Shown: positions 37,533-46,515 of the stretch, one piece after another
Layout of the letters: every line of letters begins with the position of its first letter
Position numbering within the stretch: the stretch's first letter is position 1
Assembly (NCBI GenBank): GCA_965199265.1
Contig: CBDAQV010000001.1
Coordinates: 86,739-150,738 of the forward strand
DNA from: Alphaproteobacteria bacterium
GTDB taxonomy: Bacteria; Pseudomonadota; Alphaproteobacteria; CALMVH01
Reading direction: 5' to 3'
Length of the DNA: 64,000 nucleotides
Made by a program: the position numbers and the translations under genes
The notes under the pieces: generated by a model
What the model saw: only the letters and a program-made list of their open reading frames with translations
The model's database searches: none
Told to the model about the DNA's origin: nothing

Positions 37533-38299
37533 CGCTGCTCCGGATTTATGACCTTACCATGCGTTTCGGCGGGCTGACGGCGGTCAATGCCGTGTCGCTG
37601 AGCGCGCAGGCCGGAAAGATCACCTCGGTCATCGGCCCGAACGGCGCTGGCAAGACGACGCTGTTCAACTGCGTGACCGGGTTCTATCGCCCGAGCTCGG
37701 GCCAAGTCGAGATGCGCGGCCTGCGGCTGGACGGCATGAGCAGCTCGCATATCTGCCGGCGCGCCCGGGTCGCGCGCACCTTCCAGAACCTGCGCCTGTT
37801 CGACGGGATGACGGTGCTGGAAAACCTGATGGTGGCGCAGCATTCCAAACTCACGCGCGCCAGCCTGTACGGCTTCGGCGGCCTGCTAGGCACCAAGGGA
37901 TGGCGGCGGGCCGAAGCGGCGGCGCTAGCCCGGTGCAGCAATCTCCTGCAAAGCGTCGGCCTGCTGTCGGCGGCGGACCTTTCGGCGGACTCGCTGCCGT
38001 ATGGCGACCGGCGTCGGCTGGAGATCGCGCGAGCGTTGGCGACAGACCCGCTCCTGCTCTGCCTCGACGAACCTGCGGCTGGGCTCAATCCCGCGGAGTC
38101 GCTGTCGCTAAACCGGCTGCTGCTCGACATTCGCGACCGGTTGGGCGTTTCCATCCTGCTGATCGAACACGACATGAGCGTCGTCATGAACATCTCCGAC
38201 CACATCGTGGTGCTCGATTACGGCTCGAAGATCGCCGAAGGCTCGCCTTCCGAAATCCGCGGCAACGCCCGCGTCATCGAAGCGTATCTCGGCTCGTGA
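37529..38299 (+). CDS. livG: Branched-chain amino acid ABC transporter ATP-binding protein
   Basis: GPNGAGKTTLFN is the Walker A motif, LPYGDRRRLEIARAL is the signature region, and LLCLDEPAAGL is Walker B. There is an ATGA overlap with livM. Confidence 0.9.
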   Translation: MTLLRIYDLTMRFGGLTAVNAVSLSAQAGKITSVIGPNGAGKTTLFNCVTGFYRPSSGQVEMRGLRLDGMSSSHICRRARVARTFQNLRLFDGMTVLENLMVAQHSKLTRASLYGFGGLLGTKGWRRAEAAALARCSNLLQSVGLLSAADLSADSLPYGDRRRLEIARALATDPLLLCLDEPAAGLNPAESLSLNRLLLDIRDRLGVSILLIEHDMSVVMNISDHIVVLDYGSKIAEGSPSEIRGNARVIEAYLGS

Positions 38300-39009
38300 C
38301 CCTGCTGGATCTCGACGGCGTTCACGCCGCCTACGGTCCGGTGCAGGTGCTGCACGGCGTGTCGCTGCATGTAGAGGCGGGCGAGATCGTCACTCTCATC
38401 GGCGCGAACGGCGCGGGCAAGTCGACGCTGCTGATGACCATCTGCGGCGAGCCGAGGGCAAGGCGGGGGCGGGTAAGTTTCGAGGGCCGGGACGTCACGC
38501 GCCTGCCGACGCATGAGATCGCGCGGGCAGGAATCGCGCACGTTCCCGAAGGGCGGCGCATCTTCCAGGGCATGACGGTGGAGGAAAACCTCGCGTTGGG
38601 GGGGCATCTCCAGGAAAAAAGGAAGCTCGCCGAGCTTCACGAGCGGGTTATGACTCGGCTGCCGCGCCTCAAGGAACGCTTGCGCCAGAAGGGCGGCACG
38701 CTCTCCGGCGGTGAGCAGCAGATGCTGGCGATCGGCCGCGCGCTGATGTCGGCGCCGCGCCTGCTACTGCTCGACGAGCCATCACTGGGCCTTGCGCCGC
38801 TACTGATCCGCCAGGTTTTTTCGCTGATCGAAGAGATCGCAAGGCAGGACGGCGTCACCGTCCTGCTGGTCGAGCAGAACGCCCACGCGGCGCTGAGGCT
38901 CGCGGATCGCGGCTATGTGCTGGCGAGCGGCCGCATTATGCTGGAAGGCACGGGCGCGCAACTGCTGGAGAACCCCCAAGTGCGGGCCGCCTACCTGGAG
39001 GGTACGTGA
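38296..39009 (+). CDS. livF: Branched-chain amino acid ABC transporter ATP-binding protein
   Basis: GANGAGKSTLL, LSGGEQQMLAIGRAL and LLLLDEPSLGLAP. The GTG start overlaps the livG TGA. Confidence 0.9.
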   Translation: MTLLDLDGVHAAYGPVQVLHGVSLHVEAGEIVTLIGANGAGKSTLLMTICGEPRARRGRVSFEGRDVTRLPTHEIARAGIAHVPEGRRIFQGMTVEENLALGGHLQEKRKLAELHERVMTRLPRLKERLRQKGGTLSGGEQQMLAIGRALMSAPRLLLLDEPSLGLAPLLIRQVFSLIEEIARQDGVTVLLVEQNAHAALRLADRGYVLASGRIMLEGTGAQLLENPQVRAAYLEGT

Positions 39010-39012
39010 GGC

Positions 39013-39198
39013 TTAGTACAGCGGCACGCCCGGGCAAACGCCGTCAACCGGCCTTGATGTCGGCCTCGCCTGCTCCTTCAGGGCGTCCAACAGCGCCTTC
39101 CGGCCTGCCGCCACAAGGGACACCGGGGATTTGTCAGGCGCCGGCACGGTCGGGCGTACGGTCGGATTTGCATGACCGGATGACTTGATACTGTTCAT
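39013..39198 (-). CDS. Small (61 aa) hypothetical protein with a strong Shine-Dalgarno sequence
   Basis: Minus-sense cagcAGGAGGaaacaATG. The product is MNSIKSSGHANPTVRPTVPAPDKSPVSLVAAGRKALLDALKEQARPTSRPVDGVCPGVPLY. Its stop is 4 nt from the convergent livF stop. Confidence 0.45.
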   Translation of the reverse strand: MNSIKSSGHANPTVRPTVPAPDKSPVSLVAAGRKALLDALKEQARPTSRPVDGVCPGVPLY

Positions 39199-39274
39199 TG
39201 TTTCCTCCTGCTGTTGAATTGCACGTTGGTTGTCATTTCCTTCCACTCTCGGGCAATCTCGAGCGGAATGTATC

Positions 39275-40087
39275 TCAAGGTTGCGGCAAACGGCGGCTTG
39301 AAAGTGCCCTGACGGTTCCGGCAAGCTCGACAAGCTGAAGCAAGGTCCCGGCGGTGTGGCCTATGCCCTTCGCCTGCGCCGCGCGCAACTGCTGATTTTC
39401 AATGGCATGGAAGGCGAAAGCGTTCGCCGCGGGGCAACCCGTCTGACTGTAATCGATGTCGCGCAGCTCCTTGACCTGCTCGTACGGTTCGCGGGCGTAA
39501 CGCTCGATGTTGGCGAGCCGAGCCGTGCGGTCGAACAGCGAATGGGTTTCCTGCAGGCAGGCAAACTCGACCAGATTGTTCAGTGCCTTGCCCATGCCGA
39601 CGAACGACATGACCCGAAACACAGGACGGCTGCGCATCTCCTTTTCGTTGGCAGGCATGGCTGGAACATTGAGATAGTTCTTTATGCCGGCCTTTCCGCA
39701 GAACAGGCCGTCGAGCACCTCGCATTGCGAAAGGCTTGTGGCAATCGTGTCCACGACGGCTTCGTGCCGGCTGGCCTGCGCGCCGCCGCCCAGCAAGGCG
39801 CCGGAAAGCACCGAGCCTGGTTTTTCGGTGAGGAAGCAGTCCAGGGCTTCTTCCTTGACCTGCGCATCAATTCCCGATTGATCGAGCACGAACACGGCGG
39901 TCGGCCGGTCGTGGGTGACGGCTTCGATCAGGAGCGCCCGCTGGTCAATATGCCCCGGATGCAGCGTCACGGCCGCTGCAAGCTGTTCCGGCCTGTCGTC
40001 GATCACGGCTGAGCGCGACAGCGCTCCGGCATTGTCGCTCGTCAGCGTCGATATGAACTTGCGCAGTTCGCTCTTGATACGGGCCAT
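39275..40087 (-). CDS. Hypothetical 270-aa protein, no motif recognised
   Basis: It has balanced composition and GC3-rich codons. The plus-strand ORF 39356..40012 is arginine-rich, as is typical for an antisense reading. It lies between livF and livJ on the opposite strand. Confidence 0.65.
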   Translation of the reverse strand: MARIKSELRKFISTLTSDNAGALSRSAVIDDRPEQLAAAVTLHPGHIDQRALLIEAVTHDRPTAVFVLDQSGIDAQVKEEALDCFLTEKPGSVLSGALLGGGAQASRHEAVVDTIATSLSQCEVLDGLFCGKAGIKNYLNVPAMPANEKEMRSRPVFRVMSFVGMGKALNNLVEFACLQETHSLFDRTARLANIERYAREPYEQVKELRDIDYSQTGCPAANAFAFHAIENQQLRAAQAKGIGHTAGTLLQLVELAGTVRALSSRRLPQP

Positions 40088-40245
40088 GGAGGACTCAACG
40101 TCGGTTGAGCAATTTTCCTACCATGAATCAGGGCACGCGTCATCACCCGAATTAGCCGATTGTTAACCGCTCGCCACCTGAGCGAGCTGCTGCTTGCCGT
40201 CCCGACCGGTTTGGCGTTCTATGCTCCGATCATCCGGAGATTTCG

Positions 40246-41346
40246 ATGTTTCGACCTTCCATCCTGCCCCTTCTGCTCTGTTTTTCCGCTCTGCCCGCTT
40301 TCGCCGATACCACCATAGGGCTCGCAGGGCCCTTTACCGGCCCCAACGCCTCGATGGGGGAGCAGTTCCGGCGCGGTGCGGACATGGCGGTCAGCGACCT
40401 CAACGCCGGCGGAGGGGTGCTGGGCCAGAAGGTGCACATCCTCGAAGGCGACGACCAGTGCGACCCCAAGCAGGCGGTGGCAGTCGCCAACAACATGGTC
40501 GAGAAGGGCGTGGGCGTCGTGATCGGCCATTTCTGCTCGGGAAGCTCGATCCCCGCGTCGGACGTCTATGCCGAGGAGAACATCGTCGAGATCACCCCGG
40601 CCTCGACCAACCCGAAACTGACCGAAGGCGGCAAGCAGAACGTCTTTCGCCTGTGCGGGCGCGACGACCAGCAGGGCAGGATCGCGGGCGACTATGTCGC
40701 CTCTCATTTCGGCGACAGGAGGATCGCCATCGTTGACGACAAGCAGGCTTACAGCGAAGGCCTGGCGAGCGAGATGCGCAAGACCCTCAATGCCGCGGGC
40801 GTGCACGAAATCCTCGACGACAAGATCAACCCGGGCGAGAAGGACTACTCCGCGCTGGTGACCAAGCTGAAGCAGTCCGGCATCGACCTGCTGTACTACG
40901 GCGGGTACCAGACCGAAGCGGGCTTGCTGGTGCGGCAGATGCGCCAGCAAGGAATGAAGACCGTTCTGATGGGCGGGGACTCGCTGGTAACGCGCGACTT
41001 CTGGTCGATCACCGGCGATGCCGGAACCGGTACCCTCATGACGTTTGCGCCGGACCCGGCGAAAAATCCCGCCAACAAGGACCTGGTCGCGCGCTTTGCC
41101 GGGCAGGGCGGCGCGCCCGAGGGCTACACGCTCTACACCTACGGAGCCATCCAGGCCTGGGCCGACGCGGCGAAAACGGCAGGATCGCTCGACGCCGCGA
41201 AGGTCGAGGCGGCGCTGCATGGCGGCAAGCTGGATACGGTGCTCGGCCAAGTGTCGTTCGACGCCAAGGGCGACGTCCAGGCGCCGGGCTACGTCATCTA
41301 CCGCTGGCACGACGGCAGGTACGACGAGCTGGCCGGTGGCAAGTGA
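40246..41346 (+). CDS. livJ: Branched-chain amino acid ABC transporter periplasmic substrate-binding protein
   Basis: MFRPSILPLLLCFSALPAFA is a signal peptide. TTIGLAGPFTGPNASMGEQFRRGADMAVSDLNAGGGVLG..DDQCDPKQAV..VIGHFCSGSS follows. Confidence 0.9.
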   Translation: MFRPSILPLLLCFSALPAFADTTIGLAGPFTGPNASMGEQFRRGADMAVSDLNAGGGVLGQKVHILEGDDQCDPKQAVAVANNMVEKGVGVVIGHFCSGSSIPASDVYAEENIVEITPASTNPKLTEGGKQNVFRLCGRDDQQGRIAGDYVASHFGDRRIAIVDDKQAYSEGLASEMRKTLNAAGVHEILDDKINPGEKDYSALVTKLKQSGIDLLYYGGYQTEAGLLVRQMRQQGMKTVLMGGDSLVTRDFWSITGDAGTGTLMTFAPDPAKNPANKDLVARFAGQGGAPEGYTLYTYGAIQAWADAAKTAGSLDAAKVEAALHGGKLDTVLGQVSFDAKGDVQAPGYVIYRWHDGRYDELAGGK

Positions 41347-41483
41347 AGTACGTGAGTCATCCCGATAGCCGCGAAGCGGCGTGGATCAGGACGCGTCTCT
41401 CGGCTTTGGCCGGGGTGCGAAGACAGTCCGTTGGCCGCCAAACAGGAAGCTGGCCGATCCATCGGTCCAGAAACAAGTTCTGG

Positions 41484-42389
41484 ATGACGGTAAAGTTTGT
41501 TCTATGGCTGTTCGCCGTCCAGGCCCACGCCGAAACCAGATCCGTCGACCTGACCGTCGATGGCCACGCGCGCAGCTACAGCTACGTCGCCCCCTCGCAT
41601 GCCGAGGAGCGCCTGCCGGTCGTGCTTCTGCTGCCCGACAGCGGCATGGCTTCGGAGGCGATGCTGGACGGCGACGGGTGGGGCAGGCTTGCGCGCGAAA
41701 AGAACTTCATCGCCGTCGCATTGAAGCCGCTCCCCGTCGATCCCGCCAGGCCCGAAATGTTTCAGACCAATCCCGGCTTCTGGAGCGACGGTTCCGGCCG
41801 GGGCAATGCAAAGCGCGGCGCCCTCGACGACATCGCCTATGTCCGCGCGGCGCTGGACGATCTGCGCCGCCGGGAAACGGTCGATGAAAAACGGCTGTTC
41901 GCCACGGGTCTCGGCAATGGCGGCTCGATGGTGCATCGCCTTGGTATGGAGCTATCCGACCGGTTGGCGGCGATCGCGCCCGTCGCGGGGCATCTATGGG
42001 TGACGCAACAGCCTGCGCGGCCGCTGGCGGTGATCCTGATCGTCGGCGGTCGCGATCCCGTCGACCCGCCGGCCGGCGGCAGCGGGCTGAATGTCTGGAC
42101 GCACGGCCTCGAGCGCCGCCCCGCCGCGCGCCTCGACGCCGCTTCCTGGGCCGAGGCGCTCGGTTGCACAACTCAAGGAAGCATGCTGCCTCTCTCCGGT
42201 GGCGCAGTCCACGATGTCTGGAGCGGCTGCGCCGACGGCGGCAGCGTCGAAGGCGTGTTCGTCCCCGGCCTTGGCCATCACTGGCCGGGCGGAGCGGACG
42301 ACGACATGGCCTCCCTCGGCCCGCGCGACGGCACTCTGGACGCAACCCGCTTCCTGTGGGACTGGTTCAGCACTCATCCCAGATCGTAA
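41484..42389 (+). CDS. Secreted alpha/beta esterase of the PHB-depolymerase / LpqC-like family
   Basis: [16 protein letters not shown] is a signal peptide. [32 protein letters not shown] is the nucleophile-elbow region. A longer GTG-started form from 41343 is possible. Confidence 0.7.
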   Translation: MTVKFVLWLFAVQAHAETRSVDLTVDGHARSYSYVAPSHAEERLPVVLLLPDSGMASEAMLDGDGWGRLAREKNFIAVALKPLPVDPARPEMFQTNPGFWSDGSGRGNAKRGALDDIAYVRAALDDLRRRETVDEKRLFATGLGNGGSMVHRLGMELSDRLAAIAPVAGHLWVTQQPARPLAVILIVGGRDPVDPPAGGSGLNVWTHGLERRPAARLDAASWAEALGCTTQGSMLPLSGGAVHDVWSGCADGGSVEGVFVPGLGHHWPGGADDDMASLGPRDGTLDATRFLWDWFSTHPRS

Positions 42390-42394
42390 GGCAT

Positions 42395-43075
42395 ATGATC
42401 ATCGCCGTTCCCAAGGGCCGCATTCTTGCCGAGCTCAGGCCCCTCCTGCAATTGGCCGGCATCGAGCCCGAACCCGGTTTCGACGACGAGGACAGCCGGT
42501 CGCTGCGCTTCTCGACCAACATAGCGGGCCTCGACATGATCCGTGTGCGGCCGTTCGACGTGCCGACCTTCGTCGCCTTCGGCGCGGCCGAGCTGGGGAT
42601 CGCCGGCCAGGACGTGCTGCTGGAATTCGATTACTCGGAAATCTATGCGCCGCTCGATCTCGGCATCGGCAAGTGCCGGCTCTCGGTCGCCGAACCGGCC
42701 GAGCTGGTCGCCAGCGACGATCCCGGCCGCTGGAGCCACGTCCGCGTCGCGACCAAGTACCCCAACATCACGCGGCGGCATTTCGCCCGGCGCGGGGTGC
42801 AGGCGGAATGCATCAAGCTGAACGGCGCGATGGAGCTGGCGCCGTCTCTCGGCCTGTCGCAGCGGATCGTTGACCTGGTGTCGAGCGGCGCGACCTTGGA
42901 GGCGAACGGTCTGGTGGAAATCGAGCATGTCGCCGACATCACCTCGCGCCTGATCGTGAACCGCGCGGCGCTGAAGACCCGGCCGGTCGAACTGGGCCGC
43001 TGGATCGAGCGGTTCGAAGCGGCAAGCCGCGCGGTTCCTGCCCGGAACAACGCGTCGGCGGCGCGAAACCTCTGA
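42395..43075 (+). CDS. hisG: ATP phosphoribosyltransferase, short (HisZ-dependent) form
   Basis: [18 protein letters not shown]...[21 protein letters not shown]...[14 protein letters not shown]. Confidence 0.9.
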   Translation: MIIAVPKGRILAELRPLLQLAGIEPEPGFDDEDSRSLRFSTNIAGLDMIRVRPFDVPTFVAFGAAELGIAGQDVLLEFDYSEIYAPLDLGIGKCRLSVAEPAELVASDDPGRWSHVRVATKYPNITRRHFARRGVQAECIKLNGAMELAPSLGLSQRIVDLVSSGATLEANGLVEIEHVADITSRLIVNRAALKTRPVELGRWIERFEAASRAVPARNNASAARNL

Positions 43076-43175
43076 TTGGCCGAGCAAAGCCGCGTGGGCG
43101 GTGGCTTTTTTCTTTCTGTCGCTTGACCGCCCGCCCGAACCCTATAAACAAGGCAAAACAAATTTTCCGGAACTC

Positions 43176-43394
43176 ATGGCAAAAGAAGATCTGATCGAGT
43201 TTGGCGGCACGGTGGCCGAATTGCTTCCCAACGCGATGTTTCGCGTCAAGCTGGACAATGGGCACGAGATCCTTGCCCATACGTCGGGGCGGATGCGCAA
43301 GAACCGCATCCGCGTCCTGGCCGGCGACCGCGTCAATGTCGAGATGACCCCCTACGACCTGACCAAGGGCCGCATCACCTTCCGCCATAAATAG
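43176..43394 (+). CDS. infA: Translation initiation factor IF-1
   Basis: [72 protein letters not shown]. Confidence 0.95.
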   Translation: MAKEDLIEFGGTVAELLPNAMFRVKLDNGHEILAHTSGRMRKNRIRVLAGDRVNVEMTPYDLTKGRITFRHK

Positions 43395-43397
43395 GCT

Positions 43398-43997
43398 ATG
43401 GATCCGCGCCCGCTTGCCCGCGCGCTGGTGCTTGCCTCGGCATCGCCGCGCCGGCTCGAACTGCTTCGGCAGATCGGGATAGAGCCCTCGGAAGTATTAC
43501 CGGGGGGCGTGAAGGAGGCGGTGCAGGCTGGCGAATTGCCACGCCCGCATGCGTTGCGCCTTGCCGGCGAGAAGGCGCGCGCCGTGGCGGTGTTGCGTCC
43601 CGGCGTTTTTATCGTTGCCGCCGATACGGTTGTCGCCACCGGCCGGCGAGTCCTGCCCAAGGCCGAAACGGCCGAACATGTTGCCCTTTGCCTGTCGCAG
43701 CTTTCCGGCAAGCGCCACCGCGTCCATGGGGGGCTAGCCTTGGTCGCGGCCGACGGCACTTTCCGGACCCGGGTGGTCGACAGCGTCGTCGCGTTCAAGC
43801 GCCTGACGCATGCCGAAATCGCCGAGTACGTCGCCAGCGGGGAAGGGGTCGGCAAGGCAGGCGGCTATGCGATCCAAGGCCGCGCTGCAGGGTTCGTCTC
43901 GTTCCTATCGGGTTCGTACAGCAACGTGGTCGGCCTGTCGCTCTACGACACGCGGCAGATGCTGACCGGACTTGGCTTCTTTGCCCCCGCTCCCTGA
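43398..43997 (+). CDS. maf: Maf-family nucleoside triphosphate pyrophosphatase
   Basis: LVLASASPRRLELLRQIGI...GKAGGYAIQG. Confidence 0.9.
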   Translation: MDPRPLARALVLASASPRRLELLRQIGIEPSEVLPGGVKEAVQAGELPRPHALRLAGEKARAVAVLRPGVFIVAADTVVATGRRVLPKAETAEHVALCLSQLSGKRHRVHGGLALVAADGTFRTRVVDSVVAFKRLTHAEIAEYVASGEGVGKAGGYAIQGRAAGFVSFLSGSYSNVVGLSLYDTRQMLTGLGFFAPAP

Positions 43998-45057
43998 GCC
44001 GAAGCCCCTCGACCTGATCGTCGAGCAGCGGGGGACGCTGCGCATCGCCGCCCTTGTGTCCGGGCGGCGGATGACAGACGTTGCGGTCGACCGCCTCGAC
44101 GAGCGGCGGCGCTATCAATCGATCTGGCGGGCAAGGATCGACCGCATCGTGCCGCATGTCGGCGCGTTCGTGGCGCTCGACGTCGGCGCGGGGCTGCTCC
44201 GCGAGGCCAAACGCCCCAGCGGCGAGGTCCTGACCGTGCAGGTCAAAAGCGTGCGCGCCGGAGGCAAGGCCGACATCCTGACCGACGACATCTCGCTGCC
44301 CGGGCGCTATTTCGTCTACCTCCCGCGCTCGTCCGGAATCGTTTCCAGCAACCGCCTGCAAACCAAGCATGCCGTCTCAAGTACGGCGGAACTGGGTGCT
44401 GCGCTTCGCGAGGCCGGGATAGAAGGCGGAATCTTGCGTGGGCACGCCCTTGCGGCAGGCGCAGAGGCGGTCGTTGCAGAAGCAGGCCGCCTTGCGCAGC
44501 GCTGGCGCGACATCGAAACGCGCGCGGGGCAGAGCCCGCCCGGCATGCTGGTGGAGGAGGGACCGGAGGCACCGCAGAGACTGCAGGCCGACTACCCCGA
44601 GCGCGATCTGCACTCCGTTTGCGCAACGTTGGATTCACGCGGCGTTTTGGACGAGTTCGATGCCCTGTTCCGGCCGGAAATCCGTTTGCCGCGCGGGGGG
44701 TCTGTGATGATCGAGGAAACGTCGGCGCTGACCGCAATCGACGTCAACGCGGGGACAAGGCCGCCCGCGGAGGTGGATCGCGAAGCCTTGGCGGTCATCG
44801 CCGATCAAATACGCCTGCGCAACCTGTCGGGCTTGATCCTGATCGATTTCGCGGCGGCGGGGTCGAAGAAGGCCGGCGCGTCCGGCGAGCAGTGGCTGCA
44901 ATTGGTACGGCGGACGCTGGCCGACGATCCGGCGCGCTGCCGCGTGGCAGGCCTGACGCCAGCCGGCCTGGTCGAGCTGACGCGGCCCGGGCGCGACCTG
45001 CCGCTGGCAGGCAAATGCGCCGGTGACCTTGACGGACGTCACGCAAAGCGCCGATAA
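43972..45057 (+). CDS. rng: RNase E/G-family ribonuclease (short, RNase G-like)
   Basis: GAFVALDVG...ISLPGRYFVYLP...SVMIEETSALTAIDVNAG...IADQIRLRNLSGLILIDF. The exact start is uncertain and overlaps the maf end. Confidence 0.8.
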   Translation: MASLPPLPEPKPLDLIVEQRGTLRIAALVSGRRMTDVAVDRLDERRRYQSIWRARIDRIVPHVGAFVALDVGAGLLREAKRPSGEVLTVQVKSVRAGGKADILTDDISLPGRYFVYLPRSSGIVSSNRLQTKHAVSSTAELGAALREAGIEGGILRGHALAAGAEAVVAEAGRLAQRWRDIETRAGQSPPGMLVEEGPEAPQRLQADYPERDLHSVCATLDSRGVLDEFDALFRPEIRLPRGGSVMIEETSALTAIDVNAGTRPPAEVDREALAVIADQIRLRNLSGLILIDFAAAGSKKAGASGEQWLQLVRRTLADDPARCRVAGLTPAGLVELTRPGRDLPLAGKCAGDLDGRHAKRR

Positions 45058-45063
45058 AGTCGC

Positions 45064-45660
45064 ATGACGATCTTCAGGGCCCTGGCAATCTCGGGAACGA
45101 TCCTGGCCTGCGCTGGTACCGTAGCCTTCGCAGCCGTCAAGCCCGGGGAGACCAAACCTTCCGTTTCGCTCGCGGCCGAAGGGCTGATCGATACGTTCGC
45201 CGAAAGCTGCGTCGCCTATGCCGGGCGCGACGCGCAGCTGAAAGTGTGGCTGGATGCCAACATGCAGCCCGCCGACGATCACCAGGCGCCTTACTTCCTG
45301 GGCCAGATGGCAGGCAAGGTCTGGCTCAGCCGGAACATCGTCGGCAACTACGCCGTGATCGTCTACGATCTGGGCCTGTGCACGGTCAAGGCCGAGACCG
45401 CGCCGATTGACGACGCGCTGGCGGGCCTCGAGCAGCAGGCGGGTGGAAAGCTGCACCTGAAGCTGGCGCAGACTGCCGACGATGCTAGTGGCGTGTTCGC
45501 CGATATCTCCGGGCATGTACGCACGTACTCGACGCAGATCGACGGGGTCGACTACGCGATCATCGCGTCCGGAACGCAGCATCGCGGGAACCCGCTGCAG
45601 TCGCAATTCACCTTGGTTCTTGCCGGCGATGACGACGATTCCGGCCAGCCGGCCAAGTAA
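45064..45660 (+). CDS. Hypothetical secreted protein
   Basis: MTIFRALAISGTILACAGTVAFA is a signal peptide. No motif was recognised. Confidence 0.6.
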   Translation: MTIFRALAISGTILACAGTVAFAAVKPGETKPSVSLAAEGLIDTFAESCVAYAGRDAQLKVWLDANMQPADDHQAPYFLGQMAGKVWLSRNIVGNYAVIVYDLGLCTVKAETAPIDDALAGLEQQAGGKLHLKLAQTADDASGVFADISGHVRTYSTQIDGVDYAIIASGTQHRGNPLQSQFTLVLAGDDDDSGQPAK

Positions 45661-45832
45661 ATGCCCGATCTGCAGCCGTGGGCTCGAAGCGGCGGGTGAC
45701 ATCAAATACCGTCCCTTCTGCTCGCGCCGTTGCGCCGACGTCGATCTGGCTCGCTGGCTGGGCGACGGCTACGCGGTTGCGGGCGACGATGTGCCGCCGG
45801 ATGCGGGCGAGGCGGAAAACTACGATGGCTGA
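45629..45832 (+). CDS. yacG: DNA gyrase inhibitor YacG (zinc finger)
   Basis: MTTIPASRPSKCPICSRGLEAAGDIKYRPFCSRRCADVDLARWL carries CPxC...FCSxRC. The start overlaps the previous ORF by 32 nt. Confidence 0.8.
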   Translation: MTTIPASRPSKCPICSRGLEAAGDIKYRPFCSRRCADVDLARWLGDGYAVAGDDVPPDAGEAENYDG

Positions 45833-45904
45833 CAAAGCGGGGTGGACAGACCCATACGCGTTTGCCTATAAACCTTGCGCGGCGTCACAGCCGGTCCCAC
45901 GCGT

Positions 45905-45980
45905 GCCCGGATAGCTCAGTTGGTAGAGCAGAGGATTGAAAATCCTCGTGTCGGCGGTTCAAATCCGTCTCCGGGCACCA
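45905..45980 (+). tRNA. tRNA-Phe (anticodon GAA)
   Basis: Acceptor GCCCGGA/TCCGGGC, D arm GCTC-AGTTGGTA-GAGC, anticodon stem GAGGA/TCCTC with loop TTGAAAA, T arm GGCGG-TTCAAAT-CCGTC, encoded CCA. Confidence 0.95.
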
Positions 45981-45997
45981 TTTCCCCTTTCCTCCAT

Positions 45998-46027
45998 GTT
46001 CCGGATAGTTCCGGATAGTTCCGGAAA
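45998..46027. repeat. Three tandem 10-bp units GTTCCGGATA / GTTCCGGATA / GTTCCGGAAA, 18 nt after tRNA-Phe
   Basis: Read directly from the sequence. Each unit contains the half-palindrome TTCCGGA. The 10-bp period equals one helical turn. Confidence 0.7.
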
Positions 46028-46515
46028 GCCTAGTAAAGCTACGGTCTGCAAGGGGTTTTTCGTGCTTGAGCGTTCCGAACAAAGCGATTGAAAGCCGGTC
46101 CAGTTTGGAGATAGCACCTCTGAGACAAAACGACTTAATAGAGGCAAATCTGGCGAAGGCAGGTTCAATAATGCTCATTGACTCCTAATCGTTTGCTGGG
46201 TCCTTGCATGATGGGGTTTTGTTCGGATGAGAGAAAAGGGCACCTCAAAGGTTACAGTCGTCGCAATGTAAGCAATGTAAGGCGCGCTATCGAGGCTATT
46301 CTGAAGAACGCCGGAATGCAGTGGCCCACGGCAGCTGGCCTTCGCAAAAGTGCGAACCGTTGGAAGCAGTTTAGGGTGCAGCGAGGCTCGGCTTAACGGC
46401 CCGGGCCTCGCCCGCTTAATCCTGTAAGCCACGGACATGCCCGCCTAGGGCGGAACCAAATTCAATTTGCGGACCTTTAATAAAGAACGTTTCGAAATAA
46501 TGATGGAAGACAAAC

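Noticed and set aside
41343-41483. GTG-started 47-codon leader of the esterase gene overlapping the livJ stop
   Set aside because: The extension (MKYVSHPDSREAAWIRTRLS..) precedes, rather than constitutes, the obvious signal peptide that begins at the ATG at 41484. It is kept only as an alternative start.
46178-46396. Integrase fragment next to tRNA-Phe (72-aa ORF ..GYSRRNVSNVRRAIEAILKNAG..)
   Set aside because: It has only a vague resemblance to the core-binding helix of tyrosine integrases. No R..HxxR..Y catalytic residues occur in any frame, so the evidence is too weak to annotate.
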